Source of the DNA: an uncultured Clostridia bacterium | GTDB taxonomy: Bacteria > Bacillota > Clostridia > TANB77 > CAG-465 | Direction of reading: 5' to 3' | DNA: 64,000 nucleotides | NCBI GenBank assembly: GCA_944388565.1 | Contig: CALXJG010000001.1 | Coordinates: 20,313-84,312 of the forward strand | Shown here: in pieces, positions 19,980 to 30,064 of the stretch | Layout of the letters: each line of letters opens with the position of its first letter | How positions within the stretch are numbered: the stretch's first letter is position 1 | Program-made: the position numbers and the translations under genes | Notes under the pieces: model-generated | Seen by the model: only the letters and a program-made list of their open reading frames with translations | Told to the model about the DNA's origin: nothing | Database searches by the model: none

Positions 19980-21371
19980 ATGTTTTCTAAGAGTAATGAA
20001 AATTTATATAATGAATTAAAAAAAAGAAAAAAGGATAATAATTTAATAACGGCTTCTGATATTGATGAAATGACAAGAAACACATCAGATGAAAATATGT
20101 CTATGTTACTTGACTATTATGAAGAAAAGACGGGTAAAGATTTCTTTAGTGATACTAATGAAGAGTTTACTAAGAAGGAGAATATTGAAGAAGAGATAAA
20201 TAAAGCTGAAATAGAGGAAGCAAATAGTAAAGTAGCAGGTGAAAATGATTTAGTTGTAGATCAAAAAGTAAAAGCTGAAATTGAAAAAGAAGAGGAAGAA
20301 AAGAAAAGACCTTTAACTGAAAATGAAAGACTTGCTATATTGCTTAAAGCACAATTTCTTGCTAATTTAGAAAGATATACATCTAATGTATTAAAAGCAC
20401 AAAATGCTCAAATAGCAAGAAATAGTTTTGCTATGGAAGATAAGATTAATACAAGGGTAGTATTAGAAAGAGCATATGGTGACTCTAGAGCAGTCGCATA
20501 TCAAAATGTCACAGGTAAATCATTAATGGAAGATCCAGAAGTTAAAGAGGCTGTTAAAGATTGTGAGTCTAAATTAATTACTGGAAATAAAGTTATAAAT
20601 CAAAACATGGAAAAAGATATAGCAAGAGTAAATGAGTTAGAAGAAAGAATTAGATACATAAAAGATAAAATTTCTGAACTTTCTGCAAAAGCAAATCAAA
20701 AAGATAATAACGAATTTGAATTGGAAATGGAAAATTTATCTAAGGAGTTAAACGATGCTGAATTAGAGTTAAGAGGATTAACTCCAGATGCGGTTGATTT
20801 AGAACGTGATTTAGAGATAGAAAATAGAAATAATGAATTTGAAGATAGAAGAGATTTAGGTTACTATAACAGTACTGTTCCACATTATGAATTAGTAGAA
20901 AAAGATGCAAGGGAAATGAAAGATGGCTATAGTAATAAAGATGAAATGGTAGAAGAGTTTGAGGAAAAAAATATTGAAGATAGTAAGACTGAAATTTATT
21001 ATACTTCTGAAACTCTAGATAATATAGAAAAATTAATAGATAATGCTACAAATATGGGTGATATAGAAAATATATATTTAGCATTGCAACAAATTGATAA
21101 TAGTATATCAATAGATGAATTTGAAGATATACAAAAAGACACTGGTGTTAAAGCAAGTAATGAAGAAGTAAAATCTGATCGCCAAGAAAATGATATGCAA
21201 AGTGAAAAAGAATTTAGTGATGAAGTAGGTGCTTCAGCTCAGGATAGAAGAGTTGTTGCAGCAAAAGATTGCTTAAGAGAACATGTAAATGAACTTAGAG
21301 GAAGATTAAATATTCAAAAAGGACAAACAAAAGAACAAGAGCTAAGTAGTAAAAGTAGATCAATGTATTAA
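19980..21371 (+). CDS. hypothetical acidic coiled-coil protein (E/K/D-rich, no TM)
   Basis: ATG 19980 after GGGAGA; low-complexity charged composition, no recognisable domain. Confidence 0.5.
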   Translation: MFSKSNENLYNELKKRKKDNNLITASDIDEMTRNTSDENMSMLLDYYEEKTGKDFFSDTNEEFTKKENIEEEINKAEIEEANSKVAGENDLVVDQKVKAEIEKEEEEKKRPLTENERLAILLKAQFLANLERYTSNVLKAQNAQIARNSFAMEDKINTRVVLERAYGDSRAVAYQNVTGKSLMEDPEVKEAVKDCESKLITGNKVINQNMEKDIARVNELEERIRYIKDKISELSAKANQKDNNEFELEMENLSKELNDAELELRGLTPDAVDLERDLEIENRNNEFEDRRDLGYYNSTVPHYELVEKDAREMKDGYSNKDEMVEEFEEKNIEDSKTEIYYTSETLDNIEKLIDNATNMGDIENIYLALQQIDNSISIDEFEDIQKDTGVKASNEEVKSDRQENDMQSEKEFSDEVGASAQDRRVVAAKDCLREHVNELRGRLNIQKGQTKEQELSSKSRSMY

Positions 21372-21388
21372 AGAAAGAGGTAGATAAT

Positions 21389-22333
21389 ATGGGATTAGTT
21401 ACAACTAAGGAAATGTTAGAAAAGGCATATAAGGGTGGTTATGCTGTTGGTGCATTTAATGTAAATAATATGGAGATTATACAAGGAATAATGGAGGCTG
21501 CAACAGAACAAAATGCACCAGTTATTTTGCAAGTGTCAGCTGGCGCAAGAAAATATGCAAATCCAATATATTTAAAGAAATTAGTCGAAGCAGCTGTAGA
21601 ATGTAGTAAATTGAGTGGTAAAGATATACCAGTAGCCCTACATTTAGATCATGGACCAGATTTTGAAACATGTAAAGCGTGCATTGATAGTGGTTTTACT
21701 TCTGTTATGATTGATGGTTCAAAATATAGTTTTGAAGAAAATGTAGAACTTACTAAAAAAGTTGTTGAATATGCACATCCAAGAGGTGTAGTAGTAGAAG
21801 CAGAAATTGGAAAACTTGCTGGTATTGAAGATGATGTAAATGTATCTGATACTGATGCAATGTATACAAATCCTGATGAAGCAGTAGAGTTTGTTAAAAG
21901 GACAGGTTGTGATTCTTTGGCAATTGCAATTGGAACAAGCCATGGTGCATATAAATTTAAAGGAGAACCAAAGTTAAGGTTTGATATATTAAAAAAAGTT
22001 CAAGAAAAATTACCAGGCTTTCCTATCGTTTTACATGGTGCTTCTTCTGTACCACAAGAATTTGTTGAAATGTGTAATGAATATGGTGGTAATATACCAG
22101 GTGCAAAGGGAGTGCCAGAAGAAATGCTTAAAGAGGCTGCAACTATGGCAGTATGCAAAATAAATATTGATAGTGATATACGTCTTGCAATGACTGCCAA
22201 TATACGTAAATGTTTTGTAGAAGAGCCAGAAGTATTTGATCCTAGAACCTATCTTGGAAAAGCAAGAGAGGCTGTTAAAAATATGGTATCACATAAAATA
22301 GTTAATGTTCTTGGATGTAATAATAAAGCATAG
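21389..22333 (+). CDS. fba: class II fructose-bisphosphate aldolase
   Basis: MGLVTTKEMLEKAYKGGYAVGAFNVNNME..., HLDHG, GTSHGAYK motifs. Confidence 0.9.
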   Translation: MGLVTTKEMLEKAYKGGYAVGAFNVNNMEIIQGIMEAATEQNAPVILQVSAGARKYANPIYLKKLVEAAVECSKLSGKDIPVALHLDHGPDFETCKACIDSGFTSVMIDGSKYSFEENVELTKKVVEYAHPRGVVVEAEIGKLAGIEDDVNVSDTDAMYTNPDEAVEFVKRTGCDSLAIAIGTSHGAYKFKGEPKLRFDILKKVQEKLPGFPIVLHGASSVPQEFVEMCNEYGGNIPGAKGVPEEMLKEAATMAVCKINIDSDIRLAMTANIRKCFVEEPEVFDPRTYLGKAREAVKNMVSHKIVNVLGCNNKA

Positions 22334-22506
22334 AAAGGTAAGAGTGTATAGCTCTTACCTTTTTTATGTATACAATTACTTGCTTATACCTTACTATATA
22401 CGATAAAATAAATTTAAAATAAACTTATATAATTGCAAAAAATTTGTTGACTTTAAAAACTATTTATATTATAATATATATTATAGAGTTAAAAGAGGGA
22501 TTGTAT

Positions 22507-24150
22507 ATGGCAAGTAGAAGAAGTAATGAAATAGATTTAAATGGCTTGAGTGAAAAAGAAGCTATTGAAAAATTAAAAAAAGAAATAAAAAGTTTAAAAA
22601 GAAGTATTTTTTCTTCTCAACTTGGGTTAAATGAATATTGTAATAGGCAAGATGTAGGGCGTGAAGAAAAAGAAAAACAGCTAAAAGCTAAGTTAGAAAG
22701 AGCAAAAAAGAAAATAGCTAGTTATTATGACTTGCAAGAAAAGCTAAAAAATATAACTTTAGAGGGAAATAGTACTCCTATAGAAATAGAATCTTTAAGT
22801 AAAAGAATGGAGATTTCTCCTTTTTTACAAAATTATGTTACTACATTTGATAACAGCTATGATATTAAAAATGTAAAAAGAAGTGAGGATGATTACAAGG
22901 AAATACCTGAAGAAAAAAAATTAGTTATGACTGGTTCTGCACTTTATTATATGCTTAAATATAGTCCTGAAAATGCCGGAAAAACAGAAGAAGAAATAAA
23001 AGAAGAAGCTTTAAAGATGATGGCTGAAAAAGGGATACAGAAAAGAAAACATAATCATAAATCAAAAAAAGCAAAAGATAATGTAGATGAAAACGTGCAA
23101 AAAGTTGAAGAAGTAAAAGAGCCAGAAATTGTAACTGAAAGGTTAGAACCTACAGGTGATGAAATATATAAAATAGAAGAAGAGGCAATAATTCCAGAAG
23201 ATACTTCTAAGGTAGAGGAACAAGAAGTACAAACGGAGGCAAAAGAAACTGAAAATATTGAGCAAGCTCCAGATGAAACTGTAGAAAAAAAGACAGACGA
23301 TTTTGAAGATATTTCTTCTAGGAACGATTCTGAAAATGAACCTATTATTACAGATTCACAAGAAATAGGAGAAAACAAAAAAGAAAGTGTAATAAATCCT
23401 GAAATCGATGATGTATATTATGAGCCGGAAGATCAAGCTAAAGATACATATATAGACGTTGAAGATGAAATTTCTAAACCTGATATTAGTGCTAAAGAGA
23501 AAGTAGAAGAAGAAAAAGAAGAGATAGAGCAAGGTGATACTACTAAACAACCAGATATCAATGAAGATAAATATGATTATAGAAAAAATTTACCTAGCAT
23601 AATATATTCAGATATTGAACATGTAGATAAAGTCCAAAAGGGTATACAAAGTAAGATATGTGATAATAAAGGTAGATTTATAAGCTCTGAAAGTGGTAGA
23701 GTAAGAAATGCTATAAGAAGAGTTGCTATAGCAACAAATTCAAAAGATATAGATGCTACAAAATTGTTAAATGGGTTATATGAAAAAAGAGGCTTATTTA
23801 CTAAAGATAAGAAGATATTTTCAAAGTCATTACCTAGAGAATTAGAGGGCAGTTTTAAAAGTTTTGAAAGTCAATTTTATGCAGCAATTGATAATGGTAA
23901 TTTATCAAAAGAAGATCAAGATATAATATATGAATATATGATAAAACCACGTGAGTTAGCTAGTATAAAAGAGGAGATAAAAAACGGAAATGTAGTTGTT
24001 GATGACAGTGAGAAAGAACAATCTTTAAATAGTAGTAATGAGTTCTTTAAAGATCTAAGTTCTAAAACTAAACAACCTGGAATCGATATAGAAGATAGAA
24101 CAGGTGAACAAAGAAGAACTAGAGATGATATAGGAAAAGAAATTAAATAG
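22507..24150 (+). CDS. hypothetical highly acidic protein (E/D/K-rich low complexity)
   Basis: ATG 22507 after AAGAGGGA RBS; no TM or known domain. Confidence 0.5.
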   Translation: MASRRSNEIDLNGLSEKEAIEKLKKEIKSLKRSIFSSQLGLNEYCNRQDVGREEKEKQLKAKLERAKKKIASYYDLQEKLKNITLEGNSTPIEIESLSKRMEISPFLQNYVTTFDNSYDIKNVKRSEDDYKEIPEEKKLVMTGSALYYMLKYSPENAGKTEEEIKEEALKMMAEKGIQKRKHNHKSKKAKDNVDENVQKVEEVKEPEIVTERLEPTGDEIYKIEEEAIIPEDTSKVEEQEVQTEAKETENIEQAPDETVEKKTDDFEDISSRNDSENEPIITDSQEIGENKKESVINPEIDDVYYEPEDQAKDTYIDVEDEISKPDISAKEKVEEEKEEIEQGDTTKQPDINEDKYDYRKNLPSIIYSDIEHVDKVQKGIQSKICDNKGRFISSESGRVRNAIRRVAIATNSKDIDATKLLNGLYEKRGLFTKDKKIFSKSLPRELEGSFKSFESQFYAAIDNGNLSKEDQDIIYEYMIKPRELASIKEEIKNGNVVVDDSEKEQSLNSSNEFFKDLSSKTKQPGIDIEDRTGEQRRTRDDIGKEIK

Positions 24151-24162
24151 GTGGTGTATATT

Positions 24163-24294
24163 ATGGGATTAGAAAAGATTGATGAGCTTTTTGATATGAT
24201 TGATAAAAATAATGAAGTAATTGAAGAATGTAATGAAAATATAGAAGCTATAGAAAAATTATATAAAAAAATTGTAGAAAGTGATGGTGAATAA
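24163..24294 (+). CDS. small acidic protein (43 aa), translationally coupled between two acidic-protein genes
   Basis: GGTGGTG RBS 24151-24157, ATG 24163, stop 24292; next gene ATG at 24297. Confidence 0.35.
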   Translation: MGLEKIDELFDMIDKNNEVIEECNENIEAIEKLYKKIVESDGE

Positions 24295-24296
24295 AT

Positions 24297-25859
24297 ATGG
24301 CAGTAGATAAAAGTAGAATTAAAACAGATAATACAGAATTTTTAAATGCTACAAATCAAAGAATTGCCGAAAGAGACGCAGCAAATGATGAATTAAATGC
24401 TTTTTTAGATCCTTTAGTTACAGAATTAGGTGGTGATCCTAATCATCTAAAGTTCGCTGCTAAAAAAATAAATTATATTTTAGAGAATGAAAATGAATGG
24501 GCTTCTAGTGATACACTTAAAAGTATAATGTTTAATTATGAACAACGATTAAAAGCAGTAAGAAGGTTGGCAAAGCTAGTAGAAGATCAAATTAAAATTA
24601 GAGAAAATGAACTAAAAGGAAATGATGAAATTTTTGAACAAATTGGGGTAGAATTACAAACTGATAGAGAACAAAATCTTAAAATACAACAAGAAAATGC
24701 GGCTATTGAAGCTAAAATTAAAGCATATGAAGAGACTGTTGAGTCTATAGATAAGGAAATTGAATCTTTAAATAATCAAAATGAAAGTAATAATAACAAT
24801 AAAAATAGAGTAAATTATAACATTATTAAAAGTACAATGGAAAGAAAAACAGCTACTTTAGATAAAATAGCTGAACTTAAAGGAAACTTAGAATCAAATA
24901 AGCTTAAACTTGTTTCAGATGCAGATATTACAGCTCGTCAGAATGAATTATTAGATTTTCGAAGAAAACAAATGGAAGCACGTACTGGAGTACAAGAACA
25001 AAAAATTTATTTGATTAATGAATTTAAAAAAGATAAAATAGATTTAAATTTAACTGATTCTGTAGATGTACCAGAAAAGGCAGAAGAGCAAGCAAAAGAA
25101 GAAAAACAACAACAGGTAAAAGGTGGTGGGGCTGGCGGAGTAGTTGCGGCTCCAGCTATAGAAACACAGACAGATAGTAGAACAACAAAACAACTTGTTG
25201 ACGATATGTATAAAAGATTAACTGAGAATGGTAAAATTGACGCCGAGACTCGTAAAAGAATTTTATCAGGCATGGGATATAGTGATTTAATTGATATGGC
25301 AAGTAAAATGTCTATGTGGAAAAGACATAATGTTAATAAACTACTAGATGCTACTTTAAAAGATCTTGGTAGATTAGATAACGCTAAAGCATTAAAACTT
25401 GATGAGTTATTATTTGATAAATTTGGTGTTGCAGATGCATATTCTGCTTTAGCTGAAGGTGATTTTTCTAAATTATCTGAAGAACAATTAAGTGATATTA
25501 AAAAGATTATAGATACATTTAATGATAATCCAGATAATTATACTAGAGAAGAACAAATATTAATTGATGAATTTGCAAAAAGAGTAAGTCTTAAGTCTTT
25601 AAGTTATCAAATGAAAAGAGCCGGTGTATTTGGTAGAGTAGCAGAATGTTTTACTCCTGGAAGACAAAGCAGAAGAGATGTGCATGCTTCATTTAATACA
25701 TTTGCCAAAACTAAGTCAAATAGAGTAAAAAATGTTGCAAATAGTGATTTTGCTTTAGAAATGAAAGCTAATGTAAGAACAGATGATGAAATTTCTATGT
25801 CTCCTAGTAGTTCATTACAAGATAAGCAAAGACAATATAGTAGAGGAGAAAGAAGTTAA
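24297..25859 (+). CDS. hypothetical coiled-coil protein with Gly/Ala-rich linker (GGGAGGVVAAPA)
   Basis: ORF, charged coiled-coil N-half, no known domain. Confidence 0.5.
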   Translation: MAVDKSRIKTDNTEFLNATNQRIAERDAANDELNAFLDPLVTELGGDPNHLKFAAKKINYILENENEWASSDTLKSIMFNYEQRLKAVRRLAKLVEDQIKIRENELKGNDEIFEQIGVELQTDREQNLKIQQENAAIEAKIKAYEETVESIDKEIESLNNQNESNNNNKNRVNYNIIKSTMERKTATLDKIAELKGNLESNKLKLVSDADITARQNELLDFRRKQMEARTGVQEQKIYLINEFKKDKIDLNLTDSVDVPEKAEEQAKEEKQQQVKGGGAGGVVAAPAIETQTDSRTTKQLVDDMYKRLTENGKIDAETRKRILSGMGYSDLIDMASKMSMWKRHNVNKLLDATLKDLGRLDNAKALKLDELLFDKFGVADAYSALAEGDFSKLSEEQLSDIKKIIDTFNDNPDNYTREEQILIDEFAKRVSLKSLSYQMKRAGVFGRVAECFTPGRQSRRDVHASFNTFAKTKSNRVKNVANSDFALEMKANVRTDDEISMSPSSSLQDKQRQYSRGERS

Positions 25860-25863
25860 ATTA

Positions 25864-26601
25864 ATGAATAAGACTGTATTAATAACAGGAGCTGCAAAAG
25901 GGATAGGTGCACAGATTGCAAGAGATTTTGCAAAAGAAGGATATAATGTATTAATAAATTATAATTCTTCACATAATGAAGCTTTAAGACTAAAGCAAGA
26001 GTTACTTGAAAATGGTTCTAATGTAGAAATATATCAGGCTGATATATCAAATCGAGCAAAAGTAGATGAGATGGTAGAATTTTGTATATCTAGATTTGAT
26101 AGTATAGATGTTTTGGTAAATAATTCTGGTATTTGTGAATATAAACTTTTTACTGATATAACAAATGAAGATTTTATTAATATGCTTAATGTTAATGTAA
26201 TAGGAAACTTTAATGTAACGCAATCTGCACTTAAACATTATATGTTAAATAAAAAAGATGGAGTAATTATTAATATTTCTTCAATTTGGGGGATGGTAGG
26301 TGCATCATTAGAAGTAAATTATTCTACTTCAAAGGCAGCTATTATTGGTATGAGCAAGGCCTTAGCAAAAGAACTTGCACCATCTAATATACGAGTAAAT
26401 GTGGTTGCACCAGGTGCTATAAAAACTGATATGATGAAGGATTTGTCTAAAGAAGATATTGAAGAATTTAGAAAAGAGATTCCTCTTGAAAGAATTGGAG
26501 AAGTAGAAGATATATCAGGAGTGGTGTTATTCCTTGCTTCTGATAAAGCTACATATATAACAGGGCAGGTTATAAGTCCAAATGGTGGAATTGTAATTTG
26601 A
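25864..26601 (+). CDS. SDR-family oxidoreductase (3-oxoacyl-ACP reductase-like)
   Basis: TGAAKGIGAQIA Rossmann motif, YxxxK, NNSG; ATG 25864. Confidence 0.75.
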   Translation: MNKTVLITGAAKGIGAQIARDFAKEGYNVLINYNSSHNEALRLKQELLENGSNVEIYQADISNRAKVDEMVEFCISRFDSIDVLVNNSGICEYKLFTDITNEDFINMLNVNVIGNFNVTQSALKHYMLNKKDGVIINISSIWGMVGASLEVNYSTSKAAIIGMSKALAKELAPSNIRVNVVAPGAIKTDMMKDLSKEDIEEFRKEIPLERIGEVEDISGVVLFLASDKATYITGQVISPNGGIVI

Positions 26602-26605
26602 TTTT

Positions 26606-26642
26606 AAAATGAGTTGATTAAATAAAATCAACTCATTTTTCT
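26606..26642 (+). terminator. rho-independent terminator
   Basis: aatgagttgatt-aaataaa-atcaactcatt + TTTTT. Confidence 0.7.
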
Positions 26643-26782
26643 ATATAAATTTTATCATTATATTTGCAATAAAAAATAATATATTGTATAATAAATACCG
26701 GCAAACTTTGTACTGTTAATCTAATTAGAAAACAAGGACTTTATAGTATATAATAATTATTATAGAAGGTGAGGTAAGATAA

Positions 26783-27577
26783 ATGCTTAAAAACGTTCAA
26801 ATGTATGTTAACAATGCAAAAAGAAATGCGTTAGACCTTTCTATGAAAGTACGGCAGGAACTGATCTCATCAGGTTATAAAATTATTGAAGATGGTGTTC
26901 AAATACCTGATTTAGTAATAGGATTTGGTGGAGATGGTACGCTATTAAAATGGTTAAGTAGTAGAGACTATGATACAACTGCAAAATATATTGGAGTTAA
27001 TTGTGGAACTTTAGGTTTTATGCAAGATTTTAAGGTGACAGATGCTAAGGAGTTTGTATCTAACATTCCAAACTATGTTGAGCAAAAACTTAACTTTGTT
27101 TATCTTGAACTTGTAACTGAAGAAAAAATTTCAAAGCATTATGCTTTAAATGAATTTGACATTTTAAGTAGTGAGGATAAAACTTTTAAAACCAATGTTA
27201 AAGTAGCTGACGAATTCCTTGAAAATTTTGCAGGTACTGGACTTATTTTTTGTAGTCCTACTGGTTCTACTGCTCATAATATTTCTTCCATAGGAAGTGT
27301 AATGTTTCCGGGTGTTGAAGCAATGCAGATGACACCAAGTGAGGCAATTGTTAATAGAAGGTTAAGATGTCTACCAAAAAGTATTTGTGTTCCAAAAGGA
27401 ATATCTGTTACACTTACCTCCATTAACAATGATAAGATTAAGATTATTGCTGATGGAAAGAAAATATATGATGGTGAATATATAAAAATAAGGATTAGAT
27501 ATTCAAATTCATATATGATAAAGTTAACAGATAGAAAACATAGTTTTGTTCAAACTGTAAAAGAAAAGTTAATATAA
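26783..27577 (+). CDS. nadK: NAD(+) kinase
   Basis: GGDGTLL motif, size 264 aa. Confidence 0.85.
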   Translation: MLKNVQMYVNNAKRNALDLSMKVRQELISSGYKIIEDGVQIPDLVIGFGGDGTLLKWLSSRDYDTTAKYIGVNCGTLGFMQDFKVTDAKEFVSNIPNYVEQKLNFVYLELVTEEKISKHYALNEFDILSSEDKTFKTNVKVADEFLENFAGTGLIFCSPTGSTAHNISSIGSVMFPGVEAMQMTPSEAIVNRRLRCLPKSICVPKGISVTLTSINNDKIKIIADGKKIYDGEYIKIRIRYSNSYMIKLTDRKHSFVQTVKEKLI

Positions 27578-27579
27578 AA

Positions 27580-27626
27580 GAGTATGCTCTAAAATCAATA
27601 TTTGATTTAGAGCATATTCTTTATTT
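27580..27626. terminator. bidirectional terminator hairpin
   Basis: agagtatgctctaaa...tttagagcatattct 15-bp stem. Confidence 0.65.
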
Positions 27627-27845
27627 ACTGTTATTCATTTTTTCCCATTCTTTTAATTTCATCTTATATTCAAGTAACTGAGTTAAGTATCTGTAATACA
27701 TATACTGTTGTTCATAATACATTGCTGGATTAATTGGATTATCAATTGCAGGATTCATATCTTGTGGTGGCATATTTGTATTATGAGGAATATGTTGTTG
27801 CATAGTAAAATTATATGGGTCAAAAAAGTTTTGATTTTTATCCAT
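27621..27845 (-). CDS. small Q/P/N/Y-rich protein (possible spore-coat-like), 74 aa
   Basis: AGGAGG RBS 8 nt upstream of ATG on minus strand (27856-27851); composition-biased. Confidence 0.5.
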   Translation of the reverse strand: MDKNQNFFDPYNFTMQQHIPHNTNMPPQDMNPAIDNPINPAMYYEQQYMYYRYLTQLLEYKMKLKEWEKMNNSK

Positions 27846-27940
27846 TTAAAATACCTCCTAAAAATGTATAAAAAAATTATTTTGAGTTATAATACTAATG
27901 TAAACGTTTTAGTTTACCCCCCTTCTTTGATATTAGTAGT

Positions 27941-29119
27941 CTATTTTAATAGACTACTTTTATTTTTTTTTCTTTTTTTATTTATATATAGTATAATTCT
28001 ATATATCAAAAGAGAAAGGATAATAAGTAGTGTAGATATTAAATAGTAAAACTTCATATTAGAAAAATATGAATCTGTAACTTGACTTTCCTCAATATTT
28101 GAGAATACACTAACAGTTGTTACATCAGATATTGTTATAAACCTTAATAAAATATATGTAATAAAACATGAAATTATGCCATGAAAAACTTTTGGTATAA
28201 AAATATCTTTAAGTTTAAATTTAGATTCACAAACAGTTGAATATACTTGACATATTATGCATAATCCACTAAATCCAAGTGCAAATGAAGTAAGTAAAAT
28301 TTTAGCATTTAAATTAATTGACATGTTATTAATATTATGTGCACCTTTTGTAACTTCAAATATAGATGATATAAATTTAAGAATATTACTGTCTATATTT
28401 GCTTTGCTAGATATAGTAAATATAATATTAAATAAAAGATTAAATATGATTATAAAGCCTAAAATATTAGCAAGTGTTTTAAAGGCACTCAATATGGACA
28501 TTTTTATTATTTCAAAGGTAGATAAGTTTTTTAGCCTTTTATTTGTTTTTTCGTTAAAAGTATTTAAAAAATTAGTTTTTTCGTGTATAATATCATTATG
28601 ATATATTCTAGAATATATCACACCAATTAATATAGATGAAAATATATGTGATATAAGTAATATGATTCCAATTTGCATGTTATAAAATACGGCTATTCCC
28701 ACAGTAGATAGTATAAAAGCAGGATTACAATTATTTACAAAACTAAGTAGAACTTTGGCATCTCGTCTTGATATTTTATTTTGCATATATAATGTATTTA
28801 CCGTTTTTGAACCCATTGGGAAACCACATAGGAAACCTATAATAACCGCAGAGGTTGAGTTTTTATTTACTTTAAATACTTTGGATATAATGTTTCCAAA
28901 TATACGTGATAGGATATCAATTATATTAGTATGTAAAATTACTTCTGTAAAGAATATAAATGGAAACAGAGATGGAAGTACACTAGTTATAAAAATAATT
29001 ACACTGTCCTTTACTGATTCAAAATTTTGCTTTGACAGTATAAGTAATATAAGTAATGTAATTATAAATAGTATAAATTTTATTATATTTTTCATGTTAT
29101 ATGTTTTGTATAATTTCAT
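27941..29119 (-). CDS. polytopic membrane protein, YlbJ-like sporulation integral membrane protein (nucleoside-recognition/Gate domain family) candidate
   Basis: ~10 TM segments, size 392 aa; assignment by size/topology only. Confidence 0.4.
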   Translation of the reverse strand: MKLYKTYNMKNIIKFILFIITLLILLILSKQNFESVKDSVIIFITSVLPSLFPFIFFTEVILHTNIIDILSRIFGNIISKVFKVNKNSTSAVIIGFLCGFPMGSKTVNTLYMQNKISRRDAKVLLSFVNNCNPAFILSTVGIAVFYNMQIGIILLISHIFSSILIGVIYSRIYHNDIIHEKTNFLNTFNEKTNKRLKNLSTFEIIKMSILSAFKTLANILGFIIIFNLLFNIIFTISSKANIDSNILKFISSIFEVTKGAHNINNMSINLNAKILLTSFALGFSGLCIICQVYSTVCESKFKLKDIFIPKVFHGIISCFITYILLRFITISDVTTVSVFSNIEESQVTDSYFSNMKFYYLISTLLIILSLLIYRIILYINKKRKKNKSSLLK

Positions 29120-29159
29120 TTTAACACCTAATAGATTTTATGAATAAGGAGTATATATT

Positions 29160-30029
29160 ATGCGATTTAGTAATGATTTTAAAGATTATGAATTACTTGA
29201 TATGGCATCAGGTGAAAAACTTGAAAGATGGGGAGATTATATATTAATTAGACCTGATCCACAAATTATTTGGAATAAAAAAACTAATCCTAAGCTATGG
29301 GAAAAAGCTCATGCTAGATATATAAGAAGTAGTAAAGGTGGAGGCCATTGGGAAAGACTAAAAAAAATAAATGACTCTTGGAAAGTTAAATATAAAGATT
29401 TAACTTTTAATATAAAACCGATGGGATTTAAGCATACTGGACTTTTTCCAGAACAAGCTACTAATTGGGACTATATGATTAACAAAATTTCTAAAGAAGT
29501 AAAAAATGGTAGAGAGGTTAAAGTTTTAAATCTTTTTGCATATACTGGTGGTGCTACAGTAGCATGTCTTTATGCAGGGGCTAGTGTTTGCCATGTTGAT
29601 TCTTCACAAGGAATGACTACTTGGGCTAAAGAAAATGTTATATCTAGTGGACTTAAGGATAAACCAGTAAGATATATTGTTGATGATGTAATAAAATTTA
29701 TAAAAAGAGAGATAAGGCGCGGTAATAAATATGATGCTATAATTATGGATCCACCTTCTTATGGAAGAGGAGCAAAAGGTGAGGTTTGGAGTATAGAAAA
29801 AGATTTTTCTAATTTAATTGAGCTTTGTTCTAATTTGCTAAGTGATAATCCTTTATTTGTTATAGTAAATACATATACAGGTGGTTTATCTGGTACAGTT
29901 ATATCCAATGTTTTAAATATGGAGATAAGTAAAAAGATAAAAAATATTTCATTTGATGAAATAGGTATTAAGCAAAAAAATTCTAATGTATTTTTACCTT
30001 GTGGAATAACAACTATATGTGAATTTTAA
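29160..30029 (+). CDS. class I SAM-dependent methyltransferase (RlmI/YccW-like C-terminal domain)
   Basis: AYTGGATVA SAM motif I, IIMDPPSYGRG motif IV. Confidence 0.6.
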   Translation: MRFSNDFKDYELLDMASGEKLERWGDYILIRPDPQIIWNKKTNPKLWEKAHARYIRSSKGGGHWERLKKINDSWKVKYKDLTFNIKPMGFKHTGLFPEQATNWDYMINKISKEVKNGREVKVLNLFAYTGGATVACLYAGASVCHVDSSQGMTTWAKENVISSGLKDKPVRYIVDDVIKFIKREIRRGNKYDAIIMDPPSYGRGAKGEVWSIEKDFSNLIELCSNLLSDNPLFVIVNTYTGGLSGTVISNVLNMEISKKIKNISFDEIGIKQKNSNVFLPCGITTICEF

Positions 30030-30033
30030 ATGA

Positions 30034-30063
30034 TAAACTCCCCAGATTTCTGGGGAGTTTAAA
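30034..30063. terminator. bidirectional terminator
   Basis: aaactccccaga-tttc-tggggagttt. Confidence 0.7.
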
Positions 30064-30064
30064 C

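Noticed and set aside
28257-29147. two plus-strand ORFs (114 and 130 aa) antisense to the YlbJ-like membrane protein gene
   Set aside because: They fall entirely inside the 27941-29119 minus-strand membrane protein gene. AT-rich antisense frames commonly stay open.
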